Source: Draconibacterium sp.
GTDB taxonomy: Bacteria; Bacteroidota; Bacteroidia; Bacteroidales; Prolixibacteraceae
NCBI GenBank assembly: GCA_041546215.1
Contig: JBFEWU010000001.1
Coordinates: 1,056 to 65,055, forward strand
DNA length: 64,000 nt
Reading direction: 5' to 3'
Part shown: piece by piece, positions 37,923 to 47,936 of the stretch
Layout of the letters: each line of letters opens with the position of its first letter
Position numbering within the stretch: the stretch's first letter is position 1
The notes under the pieces: generated by a model
Database searches by the model: none
What the model saw: only the letters and a program-made list of their open reading frames with translations
Told to the model about the DNA's origin: nothing
Made by a program: the position numbers and the translations under genes

Positions 37923-38969
37923 ATGAAAAGGTATACTTCCAGGTTTTTATCCGTTATAGCATCACTTACTCTTAGTGTTCTTACACTGGCCATATCGCTT
38001 ATTGCATATTATTATACTGAACACATTTGGATCATACTGGTATCAACCTTATTGTTTTTTGCCGCAGCTTATTTTTCCATTCTATTTATCATTCAGAAAT
38101 ATATTATTGACCGAATAAAACCGATCTATAACACCATTCGGGATTTGCCGGTAAGCGGGAAAAAACTGGAACAGGGGCAACTCGATTCCAACAGCCTGCT
38201 TCAGAATGTAAAATTTGAGGTTGAAGAATGGGCCAAAAGCCAGTTAAAGGAGATTGAACGTTTGAAGGAACTGGAAAAATACCGTAAAGATTTCGTTGGA
38301 AATGTTTCTCACGAATTAAAAACACCCATTTTTAACATCCAGGGATACGTGCTTACGCTTTTGGAAGGAGGATTAGACGATCCGAAAATCAACAAGCTCT
38401 ATTTAAAACGCACCGAAAAAAGTATTGACCGAATGGTTTCAATTGTTGAAGACCTTGAATCGATTACCAAACTCGAATCGGGTGAACTAAAACTTAACCT
38501 GGTTAAAATTGACATTGTAAAAATTGTTGAAGAAGTTATAGAAATGGAACACTGGCAAGCTTCGGAAAGAAAAATTAGTGTTCAAATTGTAAATAAACCC
38601 GAAAAACCAATTTTCGTGAAAGCCGACCGAAAACGCATATTCGAGGTAATTACGAACTTAATTGTTAACGCAGTAAAATACGGAAAGAAAAAAGGATACG
38701 TAAATATTCTATTCCATGACATGGAAGACAATATTATTGTTGAAGTTTCGGATAATGGTATTGGCATGGATAAAAAAGATTTACCACGTATTTTTGAACG
38801 CTTTTACCGTATTGACAAATCGCGTTCGCGCGAGCAAGGAGGCACCGGACTTGGTCTTTCAATTGTAAAGCACATTATTGAAGCCCACAACCAGTCGATT
38901 AACGTAAGAAGTGTTGTTGACCAGGGGACTACCTTTAATTTTACACTCGACAAGGTAAAAAAAGCCTAG
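37923..38969 (+). CDS. phoR: Sensor histidine kinase, PhoR-like, lacking a large periplasmic domain
   Basis: 2 closely spaced TM; H-box SHELKTP, NLIVNAVKY, DNGIG, GGTGLGLSIV. Confidence 0.88.
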   Translation: MKRYTSRFLSVIASLTLSVLTLAISLIAYYYTEHIWIILVSTLLFFAAAYFSILFIIQKYIIDRIKPIYNTIRDLPVSGKKLEQGQLDSNSLLQNVKFEVEEWAKSQLKEIERLKELEKYRKDFVGNVSHELKTPIFNIQGYVLTLLEGGLDDPKINKLYLKRTEKSIDRMVSIVEDLESITKLESGELKLNLVKIDIVKIVEEVIEMEHWQASERKISVQIVNKPEKPIFVKADRKRIFEVITNLIVNAVKYGKKKGYVNILFHDMEDNIIVEVSDNGIGMDKKDLPRIFERFYRIDKSRSREQGGTGLGLSIVKHIIEAHNQSINVRSVVDQGTTFNFTLDKVKKA

Positions 38970-39114
38970 CGGGAAGTTAAGGATAAATGAAAATTTTCGC
39001 TCATAAAATAAAAAATCGCTATAATAACCTAACTTTGTGTTTATTGTAAGCTTAAAGAGAAGGTAATGTTTCTGAATCATCGGTACTTAACTTTACCACA
39101 ATAATATTACTGTT

Positions 39115-39813
39115 ATGGAAGATAATCAATTTAAAGTTCTTTTGGTTGACGACGAGTTGGATATTCTGGAGTTCCTGAGTTACAACCTTGAAAAAGCCGG
39201 GTACAAAGTATATACTGCGAAAAATGGTGTTGAAGCCATAAAAGTAGCTGAAAAGCAAACGCCACACCTGATTATTCTGGATGTGATGATGCCGGAGATG
39301 GACGGCATAGCAGCATGCGAAGAACTCAGGAAAATACCTTCATTAAGCAGTACCGTTATCGCTTTTTTAACGGCACGTGGTGAAGACTATTCACAAATTG
39401 CAGGCTTTGAGGCCGGTGCCGACGATTACATTACGAAACCCGTACGTCCTAAAGTTTTGGTTAGCCGCGTAAAAGCACTGTTAAAACGTACCGGAGAAGC
39501 AACACAGCCCGTTGAGGTAATTGATACAAACACCATTACCATTGGTGATTTACTAATCGATAAAGAACGTTATCTGATACGTATTGGCGATAATGAGATG
39601 ATTCTTCCACGTAAAGAGTTTGAATTACTGTCTCTGTTGGTATCGAAACCCGGCAAAGTATTTACCCGTGAAGAAATTTACTTTTCGGTTTGGGGCGAAA
39701 ATGTTGTGGTTGGAGATCGTACAATTGATGTTCACATACGTAAATTGCGTGAAAAAATTGGCAATGAACACATTAAAACGCTGAAAGGAATTGGATATAA
39801 ATTTGTTGAATAA
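39115..39813 (+). CDS. phoB: OmpR/PhoB-family response regulator
   Basis: VDDE, ILDVMMP, KP, RTIDVHIRKLREK; follows the kinase. The phoB symbol is a context-based inference. Confidence 0.85.
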   Translation: MEDNQFKVLLVDDELDILEFLSYNLEKAGYKVYTAKNGVEAIKVAEKQTPHLIILDVMMPEMDGIAACEELRKIPSLSSTVIAFLTARGEDYSQIAGFEAGADDYITKPVRPKVLVSRVKALLKRTGEATQPVEVIDTNTITIGDLLIDKERYLIRIGDNEMILPRKEFELLSLLVSKPGKVFTREEIYFSVWGENVVVGDRTIDVHIRKLREKIGNEHIKTLKGIGYKFVE

Positions 39814-39861
39814 GACACAAACCAAAAAGATATTTAGGGGCCATTTGCCCCTTTTTTTGTG

Positions 39862-40467
39862 CTAAATCAAGTAAATTACCACATACAAGACAAGAAATCC
39901 CAGGGCATAACCGCTTATGATCTGTGCAATGTTATGCTTCTGCAGTATTAAGCGGGCAGTACCGACCAGGCCTGAGACCAACACCATGATCAGGATGGAA
40001 TAAAGTGGATTTACACCGCTGCGAAAAGAGAGTGCAAACAAGGTTCCCGTTAATGCACCAGCTGCCGCCATGTGAATACTTATTTTCCAGCGAAATGAAA
40101 TAATAAGTAAAGCCACGATTACCAGCACGGTTGCCACCATAAACAATTTAAAATCAGGGACAGCATGAACTTTACTAAGTAAAATAAATCCCAGATAATA
40201 AAATATTGAACTCGATAAAAGGGGAATGATCCGGTCGCGGCTCCTGGGCATTGAAACATCGAATTTCGGACTGAGTGCCATTATGGCCACCGACAACATG
40301 GGCAAAATGCAAGTGGTAAAGAACACAACCAACATAACAAATCGTTTGGCCTCCCACGACAACATCGAAAAATAAAAACCTGAATTCAGCAATAAAACCA
40401 AACCAAGCGATGGAATAAATACAGGATGAAAAATTCCGGATATAATTTTGGCCAATTTTTCCAACAT
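39862..40467 (-). CDS. Conserved membrane protein (PAP2-like tail), downstream of rpoN
   Basis: About 6 TM; KISIHM and ARL.L..H motifs. Confidence 0.7.
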   Translation of the reverse strand: MLEKLAKIISGIFHPVFIPSLGLVLLLNSGFYFSMLSWEAKRFVMLVVFFTTCILPMLSVAIMALSPKFDVSMPRSRDRIIPLLSSSIFYYLGFILLSKVHAVPDFKLFMVATVLVIVALLIISFRWKISIHMAAAGALTGTLFALSFRSGVNPLYSILIMVLVSGLVGTARLILQKHNIAQIISGYALGFLVLYVVIYLI

Positions 40468-40468
40468 A

Positions 40469-41920
40469 CTAAAGTTCTTTTCGCATACGGGCTACCGAAA
40501 TCCCCAATTGTTCACGGTATTTAGCTACTGTCCGGCGTGCAATATTATACGATTTCTCCTTTAAAATCAGGGCCAGTTTCTCGTCAGTTAAAGGTTTACG
40601 TTTGTCTTCCTTTTCAATGCAGCCCTGCAAAATTTTCTTAATCTCGCGAGTCGAAACCTCTTCGCCATCATCTTTTTGTAAACCTTCGGAGAAGAAATAT
40701 TTCAAAGGATAAATGCCAAAATGTGTTTGAATATATTTGCTGTTCGACACCCGCGAAATCGTTGAGATATCGAGGTTTGTACGCTCAGCAATATCCTTCA
40801 GAATCATAGGTTTCAGTTTGGTTTCATCGCCTTCCTGAAAATATTCTTTTTGAAAACTTATGATCTCCGACATGGTGAGCAGCAATGTGGTTTGCCGTTG
40901 CTGAATGGCATCGATGAACCATTTGGCTGAATCCATTTTTTGTTTTACAAACATCACCGCATCCTTATCGTTTTTCTGGCTTTTCTGGCTTTCGCTCAGG
41001 TTTTTAAGCATTTCCTGGTAAGTATTATTAATAACCAGGTTTGGCACATTTCGTTGGTTAAGCGACAAACTAAGTTCACCCTCAACCTGCTCCAGGATAA
41101 AATCGGGAACAATGTGCTGATTCGATTTATTTAAAGGATTACTGTACGAACTTCCAGGTTTGGGATTCAGCTTTAAAACCTGATCAATACCCTTTTTAAG
41201 CTCTTCATCTTTAAGTTCAAGCTTCGAGCTTATTTTATCGTAATGTTTTTTTGTAAACTCGGCGAAATAGTCTTTTACAATTGTTTTGGCAAGATCGTAT
41301 TCTTTGCCTTCTTTTCGGTTCAATTGAAGCATTAAACACTCGCGTAAATCGCGTGCTCCAATACCCGCAGGATCAAACTCATGAATTGCCGATAGAATTC
41401 GTTTCAGCTTTTCCACCGGAACATCAAGATTCATATTAAAAGCCAAATCGTCGGAAATGGCCATTAAATCGCGACGTAAATATCCGTCATCATCAATGTT
41501 TCCGATTATGTATTCGGCCAACTGCTGCGCTTCCTCGTCAAGGTCAGCCAGTCCAAGCTGCTCGTACAAAAATTCGTGAAAGGTTGTTCCTACCGAAAAC
41601 GGTATATCGATGTACTTCTCGTCTTTCGAGTAGTTATTCGTGTTTAGCTTATAGGTCGGGATTTCATCATCATCGTAATAATCATCAACCGAAAACTCCT
41701 CATTATCAATATCTTGACTTTCATCCGTCTCCTGATTTACAACATCCTCAACTTGTACAGGATCATCTGATTCCATTTCCAGAACCGGATTTTCTTCCAG
41801 TTCTTTCTTAATCCTCTGTTCGAGTTGCATAGTTGGGATTTCCAAAAGCTTAATCACCTGTATTTGTTGAGGCGACAACTTTTGGAGCAACTTCTGTTGT
41901 AAGTTTAGTTTTTGCTCCAT
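40469..41920 (-). CDS. rpoN: RNA polymerase sigma-54 factor
   Basis: Q/L-rich region I, STISRV, RpoN box ARRTVAKYRE. Confidence 0.98.
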   Translation of the reverse strand: MEQKLNLQQKLLQKLSPQQIQVIKLLEIPTMQLEQRIKKELEENPVLEMESDDPVQVEDVVNQETDESQDIDNEEFSVDDYYDDDEIPTYKLNTNNYSKDEKYIDIPFSVGTTFHEFLYEQLGLADLDEEAQQLAEYIIGNIDDDGYLRRDLMAISDDLAFNMNLDVPVEKLKRILSAIHEFDPAGIGARDLRECLMLQLNRKEGKEYDLAKTIVKDYFAEFTKKHYDKISSKLELKDEELKKGIDQVLKLNPKPGSSYSNPLNKSNQHIVPDFILEQVEGELSLSLNQRNVPNLVINNTYQEMLKNLSESQKSQKNDKDAVMFVKQKMDSAKWFIDAIQQRQTTLLLTMSEIISFQKEYFQEGDETKLKPMILKDIAERTNLDISTISRVSNSKYIQTHFGIYPLKYFFSEGLQKDDGEEVSTREIKKILQGCIEKEDKRKPLTDEKLALILKEKSYNIARRTVAKYREQLGISVARMRKEL

Positions 41921-41982
41921 TTCCCAATTATTATCTCCGTAAATTTAACACTTTTTTCGGAGCGTGATTCTAAAAACTGTTT

Positions 41983-43419
41983 TTAGAATTCAGCATTTTT
42001 GGGTGTACGTGGGAAGGCAATTACATCGCGAATGTTACCCATTCCGGTAACAAAAAGTATAAAGCGCTCGAAACCAAGGCCAAAGCCACTATGTTCAACC
42101 GACCCAAACCGACGGGTATCCAAATACCACCACATTTCTTCTGTGGGAATATCCATTTCCTCCATACGTTTTTCCAGTTTCCCAAGGTTTTCCTCACGCT
42201 GCGAGCCACCAATAATTTCACCTATCCCCGGAAATAAAACATCCATGGCTCCTACGGTTTTGCCATCGTCATTTTGTTTCATGTAAAATGCTTTTATATC
42301 TTTCGGATAATCGGTTAAGATTACCGGACATTTAAAGTGCTTTTCTACCAGGTAGCGCTCGTGTTCACTTTGCAAATCTGTTCCCCAGTCAACCGGGAAT
42401 TGGAATTTCCTTTTCTTGAAAGGCTTCGAGTTTCTCAGGATATCGATTGCCTCGGTATATGTAATTCGAATGAAGTCGTTATTCAACACAAACTCCAGTT
42501 TCTCGATCAGGTCCATTGACCGTTGATCCTGTGGTTTGCTTTTTTCTTCCTGTTTCAGGCGCTGAGCCAAAAACTGCAAATCATCCATACAATTTTCAAG
42601 CGCATATTTTATACAGTATTTCAGGAATTCTTCAGCCAAATCCATATTATCGTTCAAATCGTAGAAAGCCATTTCCGGCTCAATCATCCAAAACTCCGCC
42701 AAATGTCGGGTTGTGTTTGAATTTTCAGCACGAAAGGTTGGACCAAAGGTGTAAATTTCGCCAAGAGCCAATGCACCCAGTTCCCCTTCCAATTGACCCG
42801 AAACGGTTAAGTTCGTTGCCTTCCCAAAGAAATCCTGCGTATAATCCACTTTCCCCTCTTCGGTTAATGGAGGATTTTGAGGATCTAAGGTTGAAACACG
42901 AAACATTTGCCCGGCTCCTTCAGCATCGCTTGCCGTTACGATTGGTGTGTGCAGGTAGTTAAATCCTTTTTCGTTAAAATACTTATGAATGGCAAAAGCC
43001 ATGGCGTGACGAATACGGAATACCGCGCTAAAAGTATTTGTGCGAAAACGCAAATGTGCATTTTCGCGCAAAAACTCCAGCGAGTGTTTTTTAGGCTGGA
43101 TGGGATATTTATCCGGATCGGCACCGCCCAATAATTCAATTTGGTTTGCAGTAAGCTCTATAATCTGTCCACTTCCGGCTGATTCAGCCAATTCACCAGT
43201 TACCGACAGTGCTGCACCTGTATTTATATGGCGTAAAAGCTCTTCGTCGAAACCTTCAACATCGACAACTACCTGGAGATTATGAATTGTAGATCCATCA
43301 TTCAAGGCAATAAAATTAACATTTTTACTCCCTCGTTTTGTGCGTACCCAACCTTTGGCAACCACTTTGCTGCCCGCTTTTCCTTCTTTCAGTATCTCTT
43401 TAATTTTCAAACGTGTCAT
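41983..43419 (-). CDS. asnS: Asparaginyl-tRNA synthetase
   Basis: GWVRTKR OB-fold start, [30 protein letters not shown]. Confidence 0.98.
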   Translation of the reverse strand: MTRLKIKEILKEGKAGSKVVAKGWVRTKRGSKNVNFIALNDGSTIHNLQVVVDVEGFDEELLRHINTGAALSVTGELAESAGSGQIIELTANQIELLGGADPDKYPIQPKKHSLEFLRENAHLRFRTNTFSAVFRIRHAMAFAIHKYFNEKGFNYLHTPIVTASDAEGAGQMFRVSTLDPQNPPLTEEGKVDYTQDFFGKATNLTVSGQLEGELGALALGEIYTFGPTFRAENSNTTRHLAEFWMIEPEMAFYDLNDNMDLAEEFLKYCIKYALENCMDDLQFLAQRLKQEEKSKPQDQRSMDLIEKLEFVLNNDFIRITYTEAIDILRNSKPFKKRKFQFPVDWGTDLQSEHERYLVEKHFKCPVILTDYPKDIKAFYMKQNDDGKTVGAMDVLFPGIGEIIGGSQREENLGKLEKRMEEMDIPTEEMWWYLDTRRFGSVEHSGFGLGFERFILFVTGMGNIRDVIAFPRTPKNAEF

Positions 43420-43720
43420 GATGTTTCTTTTTATAGATCAGCCCCAGGCTTTTAAACTTTTCAATTTTGAGCTTACAAATTTATATTTTATTAGCAATAA
43501 TCAACCCACACCATACAATTTCCAATGTTTTTTAATACTGACGTGAAATAACACAATGAACGTGCCTGATCCGGGAATTAGTAACTGCAATGGAAAGGAT
43601 TTCCAATTTAATTTCACACAAAGGAACAAAGAAGCGCAAAGTTCGCTGAATAATCCTTTTTTAAATCGGGCTTTGGCCTACGTTGCGTGCACCTTCATCG
43701 GGTTATAGCTGCGGAGTTTT

Positions 43721-43750
43721 CAAAAAAAAAAGCTGCCCTTTTCAGAACAG
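43721..43750 (-). terminator. Terminator closing the ECF module
   Basis: Minus strand gctgttct-GAAA-agggcagc followed by a T9 run. Confidence 0.75.
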
Positions 43751-43775
43751 CCCCATGTTTTATGAGAACGAATGA

Positions 43776-44627
43776 TTATCCTTTCCCATTCGAGCCACCA
43801 TTACCCCCGGAATTACCCGATTGTTTTCCGTTTTGCTGACCATTGCCCGCGCCGCTTTGATTTCCATTCATTGCTCCACTTTGTGTACCATCGCAATCTT
43901 CACCTCCGTTTCCGGCGGAATAGTTCCCCTGGTTCCCTTTTCCATTTCCCTTCCGGCTACCCTGTCTTTTTCCTTTTTCATTTTCGGCGCTCAAGATAAC
44001 ACCCAGGTCTTCGGCAGATATGTAGGTGGCAGTATAGCTTCCACCCGTAGATGCCAGTAAATTTATAAAAATACGAATATGGTTTTTCGATCCCGCCACC
44101 AGGTTTTCATAAACACGCATCAAATCTGTATTTTCCGTTTCTCTCAAAAGCGCTGTTAAATCTGAAATATCAAGGTCCTCAATTGTTGCTCCAACAGTTA
44201 GGGCTTGCCCCAGACCATCTTTGCCTTCTGCAATTAACTTTTCGTACAATGTTGCAAGTTCGGTATTGTTAAAATTACCAACACCTTCCAATGCGGGATC
44301 TTCAATCCCATATCCTTCAAGAAGTTTTTTTACTGCTTCCATATGCTTGGCTTCGCTATTTGCAATGTTTTGAAAAACGATCTCCCCATACGTTTCAAAA
44401 AAATGCAAGTACACGTCGTGTGCCAGTTTTTCTTCTTCACGCATGAATATCAAACCATTTATATCGGCTTCGGTCAGTTCACCATCGTAGGTACATGTAT
44501 CTGCCGGATTACCCTGCTGCGCAGCGAATTCAACACTTTTTACAAGATCCATCGATTCATCAATACTTTTTGTTTCTGAACAAGCGGCAAATAAAATTGC
44601 CAATGCTGTAATTGCAATTAATTTCAT
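43776..44627 (-). CDS. DUF2202 ferritin-like lipoprotein with Gly/Asn-rich tail
   Basis: Lipobox FAAC; MREEEKLAHDVY, SEAKH, GATIEDLDI, GSKNH ferritin-like motifs. Confidence 0.85.
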   Translation of the reverse strand: MKLIAITALAILFAACSETKSIDESMDLVKSVEFAAQQGNPADTCTYDGELTEADINGLIFMREEEKLAHDVYLHFFETYGEIVFQNIANSEAKHMEAVKKLLEGYGIEDPALEGVGNFNNTELATLYEKLIAEGKDGLGQALTVGATIEDLDISDLTALLRETENTDLMRVYENLVAGSKNHIRIFINLLASTGGSYTATYISAEDLGVILSAENEKGKRQGSRKGNGKGNQGNYSAGNGGEDCDGTQSGAMNGNQSGAGNGQQNGKQSGNSGGNGGSNGKG

Positions 44628-44808
44628 TTTTTTATTTGTTTAAGATTGTTTAAAAATTGTGGCCTGCCAGCTGGCGGATGCCCCATTCATTTACATATAA
44701 TTAATTTTAGAATTTGTTTTTCGATATTATGCTGCCGCACTTTTTAGAATCCTTTGATAATGGACTGGTGCATTGCCCAAAGGACTTCTTCTGCGGACAG
44801 AATTAGCA

Positions 44809-45348
44809 TCATTTTTTTGACTGATTGCACAGGTCGGCACCGACACGATAATTACAAGTGACAGACCTTCCATATCCTCTTGAGTTAGCTGCACATTTTC
44901 CCCGAAAGTTGTGGCCTCTTTTTCCTTTAAAATTCCGCTTCCCATTTTTGCCGCCCTTAGCGAGACAATGGTTACGGCCATTATTCCCTAGGGTGTGGAA
45001 TTGCCCGAGCTGCTTTTTCTGGTCGGCTGTCAATACTTCTTCCACCGAATTCCGGTGCGCTTTGATTTTTTTCAGCATTTCAGTTCTTATTTCACTTTTT
45101 TCGATGGCATCGCCAGTCGATCTACGCTTAGTCCTCAATTCCTCCATTGTTACCTGGTGATTAACTTCCATTTCCTGAATCTGTTTTTGCTGCTTTTCCG
45201 TTAATCCTGAAATGTGGCTGAGGCAATTTCCATTCTGATCGGAATTGGCTCTGTTTCGGGTTACCCGATCCTGCCCAAAAACGTTTGTGCTTGCTAACAT
45301 TAGGGCAAAGAATACCCAGGCAAGCCCTTGTAACTTACTATCTTTCAT
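44809..45348 (-). CDS. Spy/CpxP-like periplasmic protein
   Basis: Signal peptide; LTEKQ and LTADQ (LTxxQ) motifs; Gly/Lys/Cys-rich tail. Confidence 0.7.
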   Translation of the reverse strand: MKDSKLQGLAWVFFALMLASTNVFGQDRVTRNRANSDQNGNCLSHISGLTEKQQKQIQEMEVNHQVTMEELRTKRRSTGDAIEKSEIRTEMLKKIKAHRNSVEEVLTADQKKQLGQFHTLGNNGRNHCLAKGGKNGKRNFKGKRGHNFRGKCAANSRGYGRSVTCNYRVGADLCNQSKK

Positions 45349-45372
45349 AATATTAAAATTTTAAACTGTTAT

Positions 45373-45903
45373 TTATTCGGAACGTCTCCCCCAGTTTTTT
45401 CTCCCTCGCTGAGGCAACGAAACATCTTCCTTGGCTTTTGAAATTGACATAAAAATCTCGTTCAGCTTTTGCTGCTGATCCTCATCGCAAACCTCCTTCA
45501 TATTAAGGTAATATTCTATGGTTAACTGCTTTAGGTCGGAATGTAGCTTCCCAATATTTTCCGATATGGAATCCAGTTTATCCTGGCCCGGATTTCTCTT
45601 CCCCATTTCGTTTACCATTTCAATCCGCGCATCTTCTAACTCATGCGAAACCTGGCGTGCACTCCGGTTGTATTCGCGGTTTAAGTCCCTGAATATAACC
45701 AGTTGATCCTGGTTTAGATGAAGCTGCTCACGAAAAAAACGAGTGCGCTGTTCCGAAGGCATTACAATTTGTTGTTCTTGTTTTGCCCCATCTTTTTTGT
45801 CATGTTGTTTGTGATACCAAATGGAAATCCCCATCGACAGGTTAGTTCCCAGCAATATGGCAATCACCCAAATTAATATGCGGTATGTATTTTTTGTTAC
45901 CAT
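45373..45903 (-). CDS. Periplasmic heavy-metal-sensor-like protein (ZraP/CnrX/Spy superfamily)
   Basis: One N-terminal TM, helical hairpin with L.LNQDQ, follows the anti-sigma gene. Confidence 0.7.
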   Translation of the reverse strand: MVTKNTYRILIWVIAILLGTNLSMGISIWYHKQHDKKDGAKQEQQIVMPSEQRTRFFREQLHLNQDQLVIFRDLNREYNRSARQVSHELEDARIEMVNEMGKRNPGQDKLDSISENIGKLHSDLKQLTIEYYLNMKEVCDEDQQQKLNEIFMSISKAKEDVSLPQRGRKNWGRRSE

Positions 45904-45906
45904 CGT

Positions 45907-46338
45907 TTATTCCATTAAAAATGCTTCAATTGGCTCGGCGTCCATATCGTTTAAATACGGAATCATTTGCTGCCCGGCTAAGGTGTTGCTTGTTCGTTCT
46001 GAATTGTGGGGCTGTCCCAGTTTTATTCCTCCATAAACACCGAACATTAATAGTATCGAAAAGGCTATGGGCTGTAATACACGAACCAAAACCGGGCGCT
46101 TTTCAGGCGATTCTGTTGCCTGGTTTTCCAATCTCGCTTTTATGCGGGTATAAAAGAAGGGATTTTCATCTGAGACTTTATCGCCATCTAAAATTCGGAG
46201 TGTTTTTCTCATTTCTTCAGCAAAATGTCCGCATTCAGGACAGCTTCCCAAATGTTCCCGGACCTTTTGCATTTCCGAAAACGGCAACTCCTTTTCAAAG
46301 AAGAAAATTAAGTTTTTATGTACCCTTTTGCACTTCAT
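45907..46338 (-). CDS. zf-HC2 anti-sigma factor
   Basis: HLGSCPEC (HxxxCxxC), one TM, follows the ECF sigma gene. Confidence 0.88.
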   Translation of the reverse strand: MKCKRVHKNLIFFFEKELPFSEMQKVREHLGSCPECGHFAEEMRKTLRILDGDKVSDENPFFYTRIKARLENQATESPEKRPVLVRVLQPIAFSILLMFGVYGGIKLGQPHNSERTSNTLAGQQMIPYLNDMDAEPIEAFLME

Positions 46339-46358
46339 CTTTGCAGTATTTATAAGTT

Positions 46359-46385
46359 TGACACTTTCATTATTAAAAACTTGCG
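46359..46385 (-). promoter_or_regulatory. Putative ECF promoter CGCAAG-N15-GTGTCA, internal, upstream of the anti-sigma
   Basis: Same hexamers and spacing as 47856-47882. Confidence 0.65.
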
Positions 46386-46386
46386 C

Positions 46387-46968
46387 TTACATGCACTTTT
46401 TTTGATAACACTTGTAAAGTTTTTTCTGCAGTCCCTTTTTAGCACGAAAAAGCAACGACTCAACCGACGACACTGAAAGCTCCATCACCTCAGCAATTTC
46501 CTGGTAGGTAAGTTCTTCATATTTACTGAGTGTGAAAGCTATCTTTTGCTTTCCTGGTAAACGATTTATTGCTTCACGTAAAATAATTGCCCGCTGTTTA
46601 TTCTCCAGTTCATATTCGGGCTGATCGGCTTTCAACGATTCCTGTTGTAGCAACTGACTGTCATTCGCCTCCACTTCATCTTCAAAAGATTGAATCCACT
46701 TCTTCTTTTTATTACTGCGAATGTGGTTTAAAGAACGGTTTACAGCAATGCGATACAACCAAGTTGAGAGTTTTGAATCGGCACGAAATTTTTGAATATT
46801 TCGGTAAACTTCAATAAAAACATCCTGGGCAATATCCTCGGCATCCTCGCGGTTCTGAACCATCCCATAGCAAATGTTTATCACCTGCTTCTGGTTCGTT
46901 TCAACCAACTGCTTAAAGGCCTGTTCGCTGCCTCGTTTCAATTGTTCTATACTTTCTTTCTCCGACAT
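46387..46968 (-). CDS. ECF-family RNA polymerase sigma factor
   Basis: DAEDIAQDVF, STWLYRIAVN (region 2); YQEIAEVM.LSVSSVESLLFRA (region 4). Confidence 0.95.
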   Translation of the reverse strand: MSEKESIEQLKRGSEQAFKQLVETNQKQVINICYGMVQNREDAEDIAQDVFIEVYRNIQKFRADSKLSTWLYRIAVNRSLNHIRSNKKKKWIQSFEDEVEANDSQLLQQESLKADQPEYELENKQRAIILREAINRLPGKQKIAFTLSKYEELTYQEIAEVMELSVSSVESLLFRAKKGLQKKLYKCYQKKCM

Positions 46969-47007
46969 TCTGCCCAGTAAATTAGCACAATAAGCTTTGA
47001 TTTAAAA

Positions 47008-47823
47008 CTATTCAGATATCAATTTATAAATATCTCGTGGAGGAAGATCATTATTTTCTCCAACTGTTCGCAAGGTTTCTGTTGGCTTGGCCTCTATTTC
47101 ATTATCTTTCAAAATCTTCAGTATCTGATCCACCTCTTTATTTTGCTCATTGGCATAATCTACGATGGTTTTTCGACCAATTCCTGATCCTTGCAACTGG
47201 CTGCCGGCCTTTTTTGAAATAATATTATAGATTTCAATTGGTGTTGAATTGTTCTTCCCGGCTATTTCCTGCAGCGTTTGTTTGCCCGTATTCTCAAATG
47301 AAATTTTATGCATCTCCAGTCTACGGGTCAAATCATCGACCGACCTTAGATTTAACTGTCCGCTGAGCTCAGCCAATGTTAGTAACTCGGCATGAGGAAC
47401 GGGAGCGCGCTCTTCAGCTTTTTCCCATGATGCAGTCAGATGTTCACCTAAATCCATTACATTTTTAAATGGCGGTACCGAAAATAAAGTTCCAAAAAAG
47501 AACACCAAAACCAAGACCATTGAGTAAATAAATTCGTGTTTTTTATTGAATCTTTTTGATGACTGCAATTTTAGGTAAGAGACAAAAGGTTTCCAGTTAA
47601 TCCATAGCAAATGAAAAATAGAAAGCACCATAAAGGTCAACGAGAAAATAGTATGAACGGCTTGCCAGCCTTCTTTACCAAGTCCCCAAAGTGTCCAGTT
47701 CACCCAATGTGCATAACGCCCGGGAGGCGAAACATACAACATAATTCCTGAGAGCAGGAGAATCAGGAACACCCAGGTTAATCCAAAACTTATAAATGCG
47801 CGCCAACTGAATTTATTTTTCAT
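47008..47823 (-). CDS. DUF4405 membrane protein (putative heme-b-type TM domain plus soluble tail)
   Basis: 3-4 TM; SGIMLY, W..VH..F, FHLLWINW with conserved His. Confidence 0.8.
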   Translation of the reverse strand: MKNKFSWRAFISFGLTWVFLILLLSGIMLYVSPPGRYAHWVNWTLWGLGKEGWQAVHTIFSLTFMVLSIFHLLWINWKPFVSYLKLQSSKRFNKKHEFIYSMVLVLVFFFGTLFSVPPFKNVMDLGEHLTASWEKAEERAPVPHAELLTLAELSGQLNLRSVDDLTRRLEMHKISFENTGKQTLQEIAGKNNSTPIEIYNIISKKAGSQLQGSGIGRKTIVDYANEQNKEVDQILKILKDNEIEAKPTETLRTVGENNDLPPRDIYKLISE

Positions 47824-47855
47824 TTTAAGTGAATTTTATTTGCTATTCACCCTTA

Positions 47856-47882
47856 TGACACGGTAATTTTAAAAAACTTGCG
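47856..47882 (-). promoter_or_regulatory. Putative ECF promoter CGCAAG-N15-GTGTCA upstream of the DUF4405-sigma operon
   Basis: cgcaagttttttaaaattaccgtgtca, 33 nt upstream of the ATG. Confidence 0.65.
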
Positions 47883-47936
47883 TTTGAATACAAAAGAATT
47901 TTTGGCTACAGTAGTTTCAAAAAACACGATTAGCAA

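Noticed and set aside
40469-41920. Sigma-54 (-24/-12) promoters in the window
   Set aside because: TGGCA words inspected in intergenic regions lacked a correctly spaced TTGC; this was not an exhaustive scan
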